In this document: positions 40,150 to 53,101 of the stretch, piece after piece
Layout: each line of letters starts with the position of its first letter
Position numbering within the stretch: position 1 is the stretch's first letter
From: Hydrolagus affinis
Taxonomy: Eukaryota
Direction: 5' to 3'
DNA length: 64,000 nt
Assembly (NCBI GenBank): GCA_012026655.1
Contig: JAAILG010001277.1
Span: 1-64,000, forward strand
The notes under the pieces: generated by a model
What the model was told of the DNA's origin: nothing
Database searches by the model: none
What the model saw: the letters and a program-made list of their open reading frames with translations, nothing else
Translations under genes and position numbers: made by a program

Positions 40150-40276
40150 TTGCCCAGATCACTTACTCCACACATCTGTTTACCTGGCAGTAAGTAAGTC
40201 GATTGCCGGATTGCTTTTTCCAAAGTGATAAGGCGCTACATCTTATAAGCCGCAAGCAAGCATGATTATTATTATT
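40150..40276 (+). mobile_element. Internally deleted SINE fragment (linker plus variant tail)
   Basis: cttactccacacatctgtttacctggcagta..gtcgattg..gtgataaggcgctaca..gattattattatt. Confidence 0.65.
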
Positions 40277-40337
40277 TTCCCTTTGCTCAGCCAATCGTTC
40301 AGTCAAAGATCATTTCCACAAATACCATTCTGGTAAG

Positions 40338-40510
40338 AATAATAATCCTTGCATTTGATATAATGCTTTTCACATCTTATCGACGTCTCAAAGCGCTTCA
40401 CAGAATATACTGTAAAGTGAATTGACTGTACATTTGTGGGCGAAATGCGGCAGACGATTGCACACAGCAGGGTCCCACAAACAGTCATGGATTGAAAATG
40501 ACGAATTTTA
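40338..40510 (-). mobile_element. SINE 3' portion
   Basis: Close match to the family body and tail. Confidence 0.92.
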
Positions 40511-41477
40511 TTCCACAAGGAAACTCATTTGAAAAACAATCAATTGTTGAAGTTTTTTCCACTGTCAAAGTATCTTCCCCACCACCACCCCCCCCACCAC
40601 CCCCCACCTTACCATGGGGCTCAAAACTCAACCTCCACAGCAAGTCAGAATGCAAATGTATAATGTATTGAGCAGACTATTACTTGAATGTGCTGGCTAC
40701 AACAAGGCACAGTGGAAATTTTACATGTGTATTAATCAAAATGAAGCATGCAGGCAGAGTCAGATGTATAAGTGGCAAGATAATGAGTTTTCTTTTTAGC
40801 TCAGGAGTAATAAATTCACATGCTTCATTTTTTTTCAAAAAGTCATTAATAAATAGCTTTTAAAATGAGAGGATACTGGAGGAAATTATGTATTAAGAGT
40901 TTTATTACACAAGCAAGAACAATTTAGAATTACTCTGGAGTATGAAACGATAGAAGTGAGACTGCCAACGTAAAATGAACAAGAGCAATAAAAATATTAA
41001 TTTCCCATCCAGCTGTATTCCACTTAATTTAATGTTAACAAAAGCGCTTTAGTAATGCAATGTTTTTAATAGCAGTTGTTCCCCCCCACCCATTGGAAAG
41101 TCAGATACTGTAGTACTAGATGACTTATATGAGACAGTCGGAGTTAGGCATGTCCCAGACGTCAGCTCAGTCAATTACAGTAGTTGCTTCTCAGAGATGA
41201 GGAGTGCAGATGTTGCTCTTGTCTGGTAAAAAGCCTTTATAAAACAGATTAGAGCATGAAAAGGTCAATCAGCTCAATAAGCCTGCTCCCTCTATTAAAA
41301 AGCCAACCTTATTCCTAAGCAATGTACTGGTTCCCAACTCAAAAGATCCACAATGATACTCTTTAACTCAAATATAATGGAGGAAAACCTCTGGGTATTC
41401 CAATAGCTGCTTGTTCTCTTTTTCTCTCCCAAGAGCTTTGCTATTAAATATGTAGTATATAACCACACCCTTGACAG

Positions 41478-41540
41478 TCCAGCGCCTCGGAACATCCTCA
41501 CTATGAGAAAGGCTTCATGTAAATACAATTTGTTGTTGTA
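41478..41540 (+). mobile_element. Isolated L2 3' tail
   Basis: tccagcgcctcggaacatcctc..gaaaggcttcatgtaaatacaatttgttgttg, similar to 14135-14198. Confidence 0.7.
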
Positions 41541-44500
41541 TTTTATGGGATTGTAGAAATTTACACAAATGTGTTATTAAAATTAGAAATGTTTAATGAG
41601 TTTACTTTGGCTTTGACATTTCCTCACACATAACTCGTTTCAGTGCAGCAATGATTTGATTTATTTTCTGGTGCCCGAGATGTGAATCCTATGCATTCAC
41701 CATTGGATAAAATAGGCCTTGTTGTGTTGCATATTTAATGACCTCTGCTGTTTTCAGGTTTTGTTCATTTTCAGTAGCATATGCTCTTGGTTTTATTTTT
41801 CAGATGCCCTTGGGTTTGTTCCTGTTCCTGTTTCTCTCTGAGTTGAGTAATGTAAATATTCCCTTCCACTTTCATCTATTAGTAGCTGTACATCACGGTA
41901 TTTTAACTTGTGCTGTTCAGTAATTCCAGCCATTCTGAAATGTAACATCTTGGTCAATCACAGCACATTGATTAATGGCTATGCTACATGCAATCCCAGC
42001 CGGCCTATTTCACATAATTTGTCAATTATGTTGGTTCTTAAATTTGTTTGCTGCTCTGGGTTTTGTAACTTTTCCTGATGCTTTTGCTATTTCTGCTGTT
42101 CTTCCATTTCAAACTTATTGTCACGATTGAGTGCTTATAATCAAAGTGCTTATGGATGCAATGTTTACTGCATCTTAATGATGATGTCTTGTAATCTGTA
42201 CAGTCCCATTTTTGTGACAACCGTAATAAATTTGATCAGGATATTATTTAGTCAGATCCTTATGTAGAATTGATCCCACCAACATTTTAATCACACAGAT
42301 ATCACTGTGAAACCCATCAGAAGGACTGCATCTTTTACTAAAAATTATTTCTAGGTGTTCATATTTTGAGCGTCATGGAAAAATTGTGCTACCTTATTAG
42401 TTGTAAAAATCCTGTAGGGATTTATTATTTCAGGTTGTCTGGCTTGTGTTTGTGCGGTTTTGATAGAAAGACCTGCTATTTGTTCTCATCAAATGTTTGG
42501 GTGATTTAAAAAAAATAGAATCTGTACTTGATATGTACAGCTGCTATTCATTATTTGCGTATATATTAATGATTCTTTTGCTTCTGTCTGGTTTGGTTCT
42601 ATTTTAATGTGTAGTTTTTCTTCATTTGTAGGCAAGATAATTTCAAGACCTCTTGCATGAAGAAAGGGAGAGACTCACAAAAGTTGGGTTATCAAGTAGC
42701 AAACTAAGCAACTTTGAAAAACAGGTTACAAGTGTTAACTTAGAGAAACCAAAACATGGGAAAAGAGTGGGAGCCTGTTCTTCTAAAACAAGTATTTCTG
42801 TTCTAAGGAAACTATTTGTTTTAATTCATTCCAAAGGAACTGGTTGCAATTTCCCACATTGTTAACAGAATGTAAATAAATCCATTAAGATTTCTTCAAC
42901 CAATGATTTATTCAAACATACTTAACTAACTGCATATTGAGCTGACCGAGTTGGTGGGAACATTAAGATTGTATTACATGCTGGGAACATCTTACAACTC
43001 TTCTACAATGGGATTTCAAACTCATTCAGATATTCACAATAGTTTGTCACACTTACAGATCATTATATATTGGATAAATAGACCACATATGTGGAGAAGT
43101 TTATATGGCTTCAAAGTTAAAATGTGTCCTCGATATTATTGAAGGGCGATTCCCTCCAGATGTTTCAGCCCACCATCTCAAATCTGAGAAAATTGATCTT
43201 AGCGTCTGAAGAAAACAAGCTTCAACACTGACGAGAATTGCTCTGAAACTATGAAGACTTTATGTACGAAGAAATTACTTTCTGAATGCGCTAAATACTC
43301 TCAAGAAGTTCAGTAATTTATTTTTGAATCCTGTTGCAGTGACGGGACCCGATACCTCGATTCATTATCTGGACATTCATAATACTACTGTATAATTCTA
43401 ATTGAAGCTAATGTCTATTGAACTTTTTAACTGAAGGGTAATGCCATGGTGTCAGTTTCCCTCAGGTTCATCTGATCTCCATCAAGCAATTGGTATAAGT
43501 GGTGCTTTTCAAAAAAACATAAATACAGGAAATATAAGAAATATTCTTTCATTTACCATTTTGATTGTTACTGCATTTATAACTTTGCAGGATGCATCTT
43601 GATGTGCACTAGATTTCTTTGAATCACGAACCCTACAGATAATTTATGTGTTTGTCACAGTGTTCTGAAATTACAGCATGATAGGCAAATATTCTAGGGA
43701 ACAAAAAAAAATTCTATATCAGCATTTAAAAAAAAATCAATTAAATAGCTTGTCATTGTACAAAGTTACCACGTTGACTGTTAGTATTTGCTGAAATTTG
43801 GACATGACTGAACATGGAATTTGTGCACAACTCAATCTGGTTTATGCATTTTGACTCCAAAGCTAATTTTGTCTGTAAGTGTTGGTGCTTACTAAGCTTA
43901 ATAACTACACTTACAGAACAGCTCTGTTGTAATGTGCTATCAATCAAAGCATTGTTAACTGTTCACAGGTGTTTACATTTTAACAAGTCATTGTTTGGAA
44001 TCTAAAAATGAAAATGATTTTTTTTTGCCAATTTGCTCCTAGAAGCATAGAAACACTAAACAGATATCTAGTAAGACCTCCCAAAAATGTGTCTCAACAA
44101 TACACATAGCCACAGTTCCAGCACAGTTTTAGACTTGGAATTATGCCTTAAATTTGATGTGCTCATTTTCAAAAGTTAGGTTTCTGCTCATTGTCAGGAA
44201 AATTCTTGCTGACATTGTAACAGGCAGTTGCCCACACCAGCAAAACTTCTGCAACCACTTTTCTTTCTTTGTGAATGATCTCAGGTTAGCTAAAGAGCTT
44301 TTTATTACTCATTGGCTGCACAGGAGTTTTCCTGCGTAGGGCCTAACTATTGGTCAACAAACTTCTAAGATTATTTCTATATGTACAGCCACTCTGCTTG
44401 AGAAGATAACTCCTCTCTATCCACCCTCCAGGTAACAATACCTGATTCTGATCTCTTTGATAGGATTTTTATTGCCTGATGGTGCCAAAGGGAAGAGAAT

Positions 44501-44593
44501 CAGGTATTGTAGGACTGGTTATGGTAGATACTACTTAATTACACAGTTTATTTACAGAGCTTTTTAATCTATTGATTAATTTAAAGTATTTTA

Positions 44594-44660
44594 ACAGCAA
44601 CAACAAAATTACACTTATAGAGCACCTTTCACATCGGGAGAACTTCCCAAAGTGCTTTAA
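44594..44660 (-). mobile_element. Isolated L2 3' tail
   Basis: aacaacaaaattacacttatagagcacctttcacatcgggag..cccaaagtgct. Confidence 0.75.
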
Positions 44661-46613
44661 GACTTCCTTCCGATGTGATAGACATGATATCAACGTAATC
44701 TGCAATGGTCAACATAGAGGACCTCTTACTGCCTATTTATTATATGCAGTTTGATTTTTTCTTAAAGCCATAGCACTCCACCTTTTAGTAACATGAGTTT
44801 AGTTTAGGTTCATTACAGTTGAGTAGCCTGTTGATATTCACAATCTAAGGTCACATCCAATGCAATACAGATTATATTTATATAGCATCTTTCACATCAG
44901 GATGATGTCTTAAAATGCTTTAAATTAATCAATAGATCATATACAATAGATTTGCATCATGTAATTCTGATTAGGATTATCTCTTGCTGCTAACCCATTT
45001 TACTTTTGTTTTACTTTGTTATACCAGGTGCTCAAATATCTTTCCATATCCCATCCTGTGCAGAAGTGTAGATTGGCAATGTTGCTGTGGAGAAATGTAA
45101 TCACTCTCTGTTAGAAATACAGACACACAATGTGCACAGAGATATTGACTAAGAAAATAAACATTAGTCAGTAAAGTTCAATTTGTTGTATGTATTTATT
45201 TACTGAAATTGATGCTGGGTAATTGATGTGGTGCATGCAATATGGATTAAAAATCTCTGCAAATAAACGATATAATTAAGCAGTATCTAGCGTGTTAACA
45301 AAACAGCAGTATTGATGTGGAGCTTTGATATTAATATTCCTTTACATAGAATTCCACATCACACTGCTGGTTAGATGGCTAGATAGAAGAAGTTATTTTT
45401 TATTCAATCTGACATTAGCTTCTAAGACCTTAGAGTTCAGTATCTGATAGCATTACTGGGTGAAAATAATACAGTGACAATCAAATAGATCGCTTTGTTG
45501 TGTAAAGCCTAGCTGCACTCGAGTAATATTTCAGGACAACTCTTTGTGATATACCTTTCAGTGGCATTGAACAGATTTTGTCATTTGTCTTCACTAATCT
45601 GCTAATGTATCCTGAACAGCACTCAGTTAATTCATTCATCCATACTATTCTTGGATCACAGAGCAGCAGATCTCAGCATGTCACTGGGTTTTAGTGGCAT
45701 TCTCTATACACAGCACGGCCAGTCTCACTTACTGCTCTGTGTGGTCCACAGGAGTAGCAGCTAATATCAGCTTTCTGTTTATTATTGTATTACTTTAATG
45801 GCCTTTAAGGAACTTGCAAGCGATCCCCAGACTCTAGTCTTTAAGCCTGTTGTCAAGATAAATTAATTTCTGTAGAAACACACTATCCCTGTGATACTAT
45901 CTTGGAAACGTAGGATTAATGGAGTCACTATACAATTGCTTTGTAACATGCCACCAGTGGCGTGGAGTGGGGGAAGGGAATGAGTAAAGGAGATAAACAA
46001 TGATGAGCATTACTAGGACATAGCAAAAAATTATGTTTTAATCAAAAAAATTGTAGTTAAAAATATATCTGTCACATTCACCCCATGCAGTTTAGCATCG
46101 TATATCAGCTTTTTCCTAGGCATCTTACCCCCTTGATAAGGTGAGGACAATTTGTGCAATCAAAATTCAGCCATGTGTAATTACAGCTACTTGCACAGCT
46201 GAATTCTGTGACATGCTGTGTTGTAACTAGGTCTTCGTCTCAAGAACACACAAAGCTATTTGATTTAAAGAGAAAAATAATACCTTCTTGTCTGCCAACT
46301 CAGGTTGCATTTTAAACAAAGAAAAACACAATACACACACACAAACTGTTTAACATATTCAACCATTGTTATACTTTGCAGCATTTTAAAAAAGTATCAC
46401 AAAGGTAGCAAGTCTATGGATCTAGCTTTGATGTCAAACTGTTTGAATACACTTGTTTAAAATCTGTACTAATAAGACAACAGATGACAAAAGTTTGTTT
46501 CATATTTTTATTCACCCACGGTCCTTTGTATCCAAGAGATTTCAGCAAAGCAAAAGGACCATGCAGGCTCTTTTGCTCCATTTACTAAAGTTTAACAACT
46601 TGACAAACAGATC

Positions 46614-46713
46614 NNNNNNNNNNNNNNNNNNNNNNNNNNNNNNNNNNNNNNNNNNNNNNNNNNNNNNNNNNNNNNNNNNNNNNNNNNNNNNNNNNNNNNN
46701 NNNNNNNNNNNNN
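46614..46713. other. Assembly gap (100 N)
   Basis: Run of N. Confidence 1.
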
Positions 46714-46871
46714 GATTAAACACTTGCTTGTACTATTTTAAAAATGTTTGGCACTTCTTTGGGATACTGAGCTAAGATTTGAAACTCACCTAGTGATGAA
46801 ATTACAGACAGAAATCTGTATCATACCGTTGCAATACAAAGTGTACAGGTGCAGTCCTGTGTTGCCGCATT

Positions 46872-47030
46872 AACAACAACAACAACAACAAATTACACTT
46901 ATAAAGCGCCTTTCACGTCGGGAGGACGTTCCAAGCCACCTAACAAGATCTGTTCTGATTTGAAACCGCATAACAACAACAATTTGCTCTTATATAGCGT
47001 CCTCCACGCAGGGTAACATCTCAGGGTGTT
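46872..47030 (-). mobile_element. Two adjacent L2 3' tails
   Basis: (aac)n-aaattacacttataaagcgcctttcacgtcgggaggacgttccaag at 46872-46935, and (aac)n-aatttgctcttatatagcgtc..catctcaggg at about 46972-47028. Confidence 0.75.
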
Positions 47031-48887
47031 CAACAGTGGTGGAACTTGACTCTAATTAACCATATAGCCAGAGATCGTAAGCAATATAGTATTTTAAGCA
47101 GCTTCACGTGGTAAGAGGATGTGAATTGCCATATTGGGGTACAGTCGCAACCTTTTTTCTAATAAAAAAAGATGAAAAATGAAATAGCTGCAAATTTATT
47201 TTTAAATGTTTGTACCACAAATTGAGATCGTGGCTGAACATGCAACGTAACAGTAGAATGAAGGTAAAGCCACCTGAATCAGTAATGAATAACAATTGGC
47301 CTTCGGTTGGATCGGCGAATATTTCCTGTATTGAGATAGGTTGCTCCGTTGCAACAATGCAGGAACAATATCTCGAAATTGACTAAATAAACTTGTGTTC
47401 ACCTACACTATGGACTCTGGCTCAGCAATTCCTGTGGTTCACATGGAGATTCAACGTGCGATGATGGCCTTGGTTGAGGAGAGTGGGTTGTATTTCAGGT
47501 CAATGGTCAATCTCGATCTTAATGTTTTACTCTGATGCATTAGAAAATTATTGTCAAAAGTCAGACCATCAACCCTATTTGTCCATTCTTGCATAATACT
47601 CAGCGAACGGGTAAATCATCACTAATTCTCCAAACCCAGTAACTCGTCAGACCCTACAACCCACATTAGATTCTCCACAGAGCAATGGGTTATCTATGGT
47701 TCGGTTGTTCATTTCCTGTTGAACGCGTGACTGGTCTTGTGACCGGCCCTGGGAAGCACTGCTTCAACTAAAAATGGGACAAGAATAGCTATGCTCAGGT
47801 TGTGGTTAAGTACAAAAGGAAATTAACAAAACACTACATGCTGTTCAATGCCCGGGAAATGGCCAATCGCAAGGTTTCAAAGAATTTAGCAGTTAGATTC
47901 GTAAAACCTGAAGTGCATGGTAGGCCAAGCAGTTGGCACATTGATACAGTGCATTGATAACTCAACCCACTGCAGGTTGTGTGAATTCACCTTAATTCTT
48001 TGCTATAATTGCTTTGACCCATAAAAACAATGAGTTTCTATTTTTGCTTCGCCACAATAAAGGATTCATTTCACCTCGCATTTTCCAGAGAAGACACCTA
48101 ATTAATTTAATGCTTTTTTTTCCAGAAGATTGTTGTTAAACCTACTTTGTTAAATGACAGCCAGCAGCTTAACCCATTAAGATAGATTCCACTCACAAAT
48201 GTAGTTTCTGCTTAACTTTGTTCATTTAAAAAATAATGGAAGTTCAAAATTATGCAAACTTTGTGCTTATCCAAAAATAAAGTGTACTTGTGAAAACAAT
48301 TTCTGCCATTAAGAATGCAGTGTCAATTGTCAAAAAAGTCACGTGAAAAAAGGTTTGCTCTCAACCAAACGTATTAACTCCAAAATCCAGCAAATGGCAC
48401 ACACAAAGATAACGTTTTCAATTGAACAGATGTAAATTAAATACATGTTACAATGCGATGCATTACAATTAAAGATTAGCAGTTTAAAATCAAAGAGATT
48501 GGATGTTGGCGATTAGTTCTGAAGAAAAGGATATGCGGTGAATTGTATGAACATGTCAGAGTGAGGTAGTTGGCTTAGCAGCTCCATGATACCCACTGTT
48601 TGCAAAGTTTACTGAACTCAGCATTCAAACAAGCAGGTAATGAGCTTCTTCACCTCAATAAGAAATTAACTCATCACTAGTATGTGATAATTGGTAACTT
48701 TTGGCCATGGTTCATTTTAGACAAGCACTGTTTGCACTGTTTGACCACAAAATTGTATTCCAGGAGGACGTTAGGATCTGGAGTACACCCCCCAAAACCA
48801 TATACAAAACACAACCATTGGGAAAAAATCATGTTCATCACTCGGAAAACACGATGGAAATCTACAAGGAATTTGATCAATGTGAAA

Positions 48888-49375
48888 AACAACAACTACA
48901 ACTTGGATTTACACCAGGCAGTGTCTCAGAGTGCCTCCCAATAACTGATCCCAGGGCCAAACCAGGAGGAGGGGGGAAAAAGGTGACCAAAAGCATGGTC
49001 AAAAAGAAAAGTCTTTAGCCGAGATCTGAAAATAGGAAGAGGGGGCGAGGCAAAGGGAGTGAGGAAGGGAGTTCCAGAGCCATGGGGCGTAGTGGCCGAT
49101 GGCACGGCCGCCGATGGTGGAGCGGAGGATTTGAGGGATAAGAAGGAGGCCAGACCCAGTAGAGCGAAGGCAATGGGTGCTGTTGTGAGGAGAGTGGAGG
49201 TCAGAGAGGTAGGGAATGCAATGGAGTGGAGGGATTTGAAAACAAGAGTTAGGATCTTGAAATCGATCCTCGCCGAGACAGGGGTCCAGTGAAGTCTGGC
49301 AATGACTGGGGTAATCGGGGAGCAAAGTTTGGTATGGGTGAGTTCTATATCACAAAGTGTCAGCATTTAGTCACC
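48888..49375 (-). mobile_element. L2 LINE 3' fragment
   Basis: ORF 48926..49366 contains PITPVIARLHWTPVSARIDFKILTLVFKSLH and FRSRLKTFLF (L2 C-terminus) with frameshifts. (gtt)n tail at about 48888. Confidence 0.93.
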
Positions 49376-49601
49376 CAGCATACCTCACTAGAGGTGGACA
49401 AAAGTGGGTGACAGAGAAAGGTAAAGCTGCCCTGTGTATTAACCTCAGCAAATAAATAACCGTGTGTTGTTTCCTGTAGATGCTAAGGTTGCTCTGATGG
49501 ATCTGTACCTGAGCTAGGTATCAACTAGAACAGTGTATGACATTTCTCATGTAACAATGATATTTTGAATGTTGTGAATTTGTATTGTAGATTAGCATGA
49601 G

Positions 49602-49910
49602 TGTCAGGTTGGCTTAGTTACTCTTGCTTCATCAGATGGTAATCGTAATAATCTTGCTTGTTGAGGCTGACAGTCCAGTCAGTGATGGGGAAGTGGTACT
49701 TTGTCCAAAGAGCATCTTATAGGTGGGCTGTTAAACTGAGTCTGTTTATGTGGATATCAAAGATCCTACAACCAATTTGAGTTTCTCCCAATGTCTCGGC
49801 CAACAATCTCCCAGATAAATAATTGGTCATTCACTTTACATTAAACTCTGTTAAACATTTTGAGACTTTCCAACATGATAAGATACTAAATAAATGCAAG
49901 GATTATTATA
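49602..49910 (+). mobile_element. Old full-length DeuSINE-like SINE
   Basis: Head tgtcaggttggcttagt, central gctgttaaactgag..gtggatatcaaagatcc..gtttctcccaatgtctcggccaaca, tail aatgcaaggattatta. Confidence 0.7.
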
Positions 49911-50046
49911 ATCTCTGGCCTCTAACAGATAAACATTTTGAACTATGCAATACAGCAAATTTGGTATTATTTGATGAATCCAAACACATTCAAAACCCAA
50001 AATACAACAAGCATCATTTTAGAAATCTGACTTATCTGAAATTGTG

Positions 50047-50404
50047 GAGTCCTGCAGCATAGTGGTTAGTGTTCTTGCCTCACAAAATGAAGGGAACCAG
50101 GTTTGATTCCTAGGTGGGGCAAAATCGTTAGCAAGTTTCTTTACTCCACACACCTGTTTACCTAGCAGTATGTAGAAACCCAATGGGTTTGTCTATTGGT
50201 TGATCGCTTTTTCAGGGTAATAATGCCTTAAAAACAAAGAAGTATTTGGTCAGTCTACAACTGTTTGTGGGACACCACTGTGCACAATTGGCTGCCACAT
50301 TTTGCCCACAAAATATGTAATCAATTCACTTTAAAGTATATTCTGTGAAGTGTCTTTGAGGCATCTCAACAGCATAATAAGATTCTATACCAAAGGATTA
50401 TTAT
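50047..50404 (+). mobile_element. Full-length tRNA-derived SINE, long variant
   Basis: gagtcctgcagcatagtggttagtg (A box), ggtttgattcc (B box), linker, body and ggattattatt tail. Confidence 0.9.
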
Positions 50405-52417
50405 TCTGTAAATGTAAAATGTTTGTTTCAGTAAACCTTTCAAATTAAGAAATCTACCTAGAATAAAGAAATTGGATTATGATATAAATTCTATTTGCAC
50501 CTTGTTTATTACTGTCTAATAAAATGAGTCGTCACTTGAAACAAGAGGGAATTTTTTTTTATTAATATTTAATTAAATTTTGAATCTGTTGGGAAGTAGT
50601 GTGTGGTAACCTTGAGCTGAGAGAATAATTCCATATTATCTAGAGCTGCATTTAAAAACACAATGATGTGGCTTGATAACTCTTTGCCTTTTTCCTGATA
50701 CCATTGTTGAAAACCATGAATGGTTACATTAAAATGATTTGAAATACATGAAAGATCCACATCCTGCAGCATATTATTTTTAAGACTTTAACCCAAACTG
50801 AAAAGAAGCAGCAATAAACATGAATCAGAATGCCAGCAAAAAAATATTTTGGATTTGAGTCAGTGTTCATTTAGTTTGTATAGAAACTGTTTAAAAAATA
50901 GATTTTGCAGTAAATATTATAAACACAACAGCCTCAAGTAATTTATGATGCGATTTCACACAAGTAGGGCTGGAGCTCACGGCTGGTGCTGAAATATTCC
51001 GTTATTCCACGTGAATAAATATTCCTGCGAATCTGTAACATAACCATTTAATTAATGCTAAATTGTGTATAGCCTGACAACTACCTTGCCATAACTCACA
51101 TGTGTGTATTATGTTTATTTTGCATTCACGTGATTTAACACTATTGGGTGGTGAAAATATCCATCACTCCTATGTTATTTCAGAACTTGTCACCTAGAGT
51201 TTGGGTTATGCAAAGAAACATGTGGGGTATTCAGACTGTGAATAGAGAAATTATACAAAACTTTCTTTTGAGGACTGTGAGAAAAAAAAACTCACACTGT
51301 CCACGCAGATAGTATTCTGGGGAAAAAAGAAAGAACAAGACTGCATCAGCGCTGTATTAAAACAGAAGTAGCATGAGGTATACATATTTTTTGGTTCAGA
51401 TTCTATTTTGTGCCCAGCTCATTCGTATTGAGCTACAAAATACTGCATGTCAGGCTTCAAGTCCACAAGGTCAACTCAAGTGCAATCAAGTATGGGGATA
51501 ACTGCTGCTACATCACTGAACAATGTTCCAATGACATTATTCCCAATCATTAAGTATGTAAAGCAAAGGCTAACCAAGGGGAATATTCGTGGAAATTTTA
51601 AAGTTCTGCCCAGCATCTTTTCATTATTTTTGCATAAAGCTTAAGTACTAATCATGTATATAATGACATATAGGTGTTGAAAGAACCCCAGCACACGAAA
51701 GATTATCCCAGTCCCTATAGCCATTTTATGGGCTGTATCATAACAGTTTTTTCTATCCACTGGGATTAAAAGAATCCATTACAAAGCCATCATTTCTACT
51801 AGACTTAGCAGTGTAATGCCTTGGATTTGCTACCGGCAGAGCTGAATGCATTGAGGGATGCACAGTGATATTGAGTATGTTGTATGAATACGCATTTTAA
51901 TGGCTGTTGCACACTGTGTTTTTAAGTCATCTACAACAAATGGCAAATAGATGAAAGCAGAACAATCATAATTGGAAACCTTTCAGCCTTACATTGGGTT
52001 TTGTCTTTAAAGCAGGATTATTGATACTGCTCCAGAAGCTGGTGAAAAACCTTAAATATTCCTTTCTGTTGGTCTATATATGAAGAATAATCAAACTGGG
52101 TTTACACTTTCTTAGTGATTTCACAGATCTCTGTGATTTCCTTTATTAGAAAGGTTTATTTTTTCAATGTAATTTTGAAAGACTGTCATAGGGAAAGGTC
52201 ACCACTACCTAATTTATTGGTATTGACGTCTAACTGGTTATATGGTGTGAATGTAAATTTCTATCCACTGCAATGGCTCAAAAAAACCGAGGACTACACA
52301 AAATTAAAAATACTGGCTCCTAATGTTCACAAATTCTAAAAATACAATACTTTATTTTGTGGAAATTACCATTATTTTTGTATATGTGAAGAACATAAAG
52401 TAACCTTGATCTACAAT

Positions 52418-52498
52418 ATACACAGTCACTTCAGTTTCCTGTGTATCCTTTGATATATCCTGCTGATGTGAAAAACATGATATCAAATGCAAGGATTT
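52418..52498 (+). mobile_element. SINE 3' tail fragment
   Basis: cagtcacttc..gatgtgaaaaacatgatatcaaatgcaagga. Confidence 0.65.
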
Positions 52499-53101
52499 GT
52501 TTTCAATTTAATTTATTTTAGCATATCTAGGATACTAAAGCACTAGTCCAGTCCCTGAAATATTTCTTACAAACTGCTTATTAGCATGAAATATTTTCTA
52601 ACAGTATAATTTTGATTGTATTATTAGTTTAGGTTCTTTTGATTATAAAACTAGGGTCTTCCTAACCCAATGCCACGATCCACTTTCATTGGATTTTATT
52701 GATGGAAACCTTTAACAATGGACTGAAGTATCTTAATATGGATAACTGGAGCATTTATGAAAGTACAGTATATGCACTTCCATTGTGAATAAACTAGCTG
52801 TAATGAGTAACGTGAATGAGGCTAGTGGCCTGTACTATTATGACTCCCTCTCAATACCCTCCTGATTGTCCCCTGTGATGGCTCTGGGTTTTAGGATTGT
52901 TGGTTAAAGGGTAAGGTTTTACTGGAAGTAGCTTTGATGCAAGTGGTTATTGAATGCCCTCCACATTTTTGTTTGTTGAGGACTGAAGCTGCCCAGTTCT
53001 CTTCCAGAATCACTTAGTTAGGGGATCTCCGATTGTTGGCAGGCATAAGGGATGCCTCTTTATCTCACTACTTTGGCAGCTTTTGGTAATAGTGCAAAAA
53101 G

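Noticed and set aside
48562-48585. let-7-like seed TGAGGTAG
   Set aside because: Diverges from let-7 after about 9 nt and has no complementary arm.
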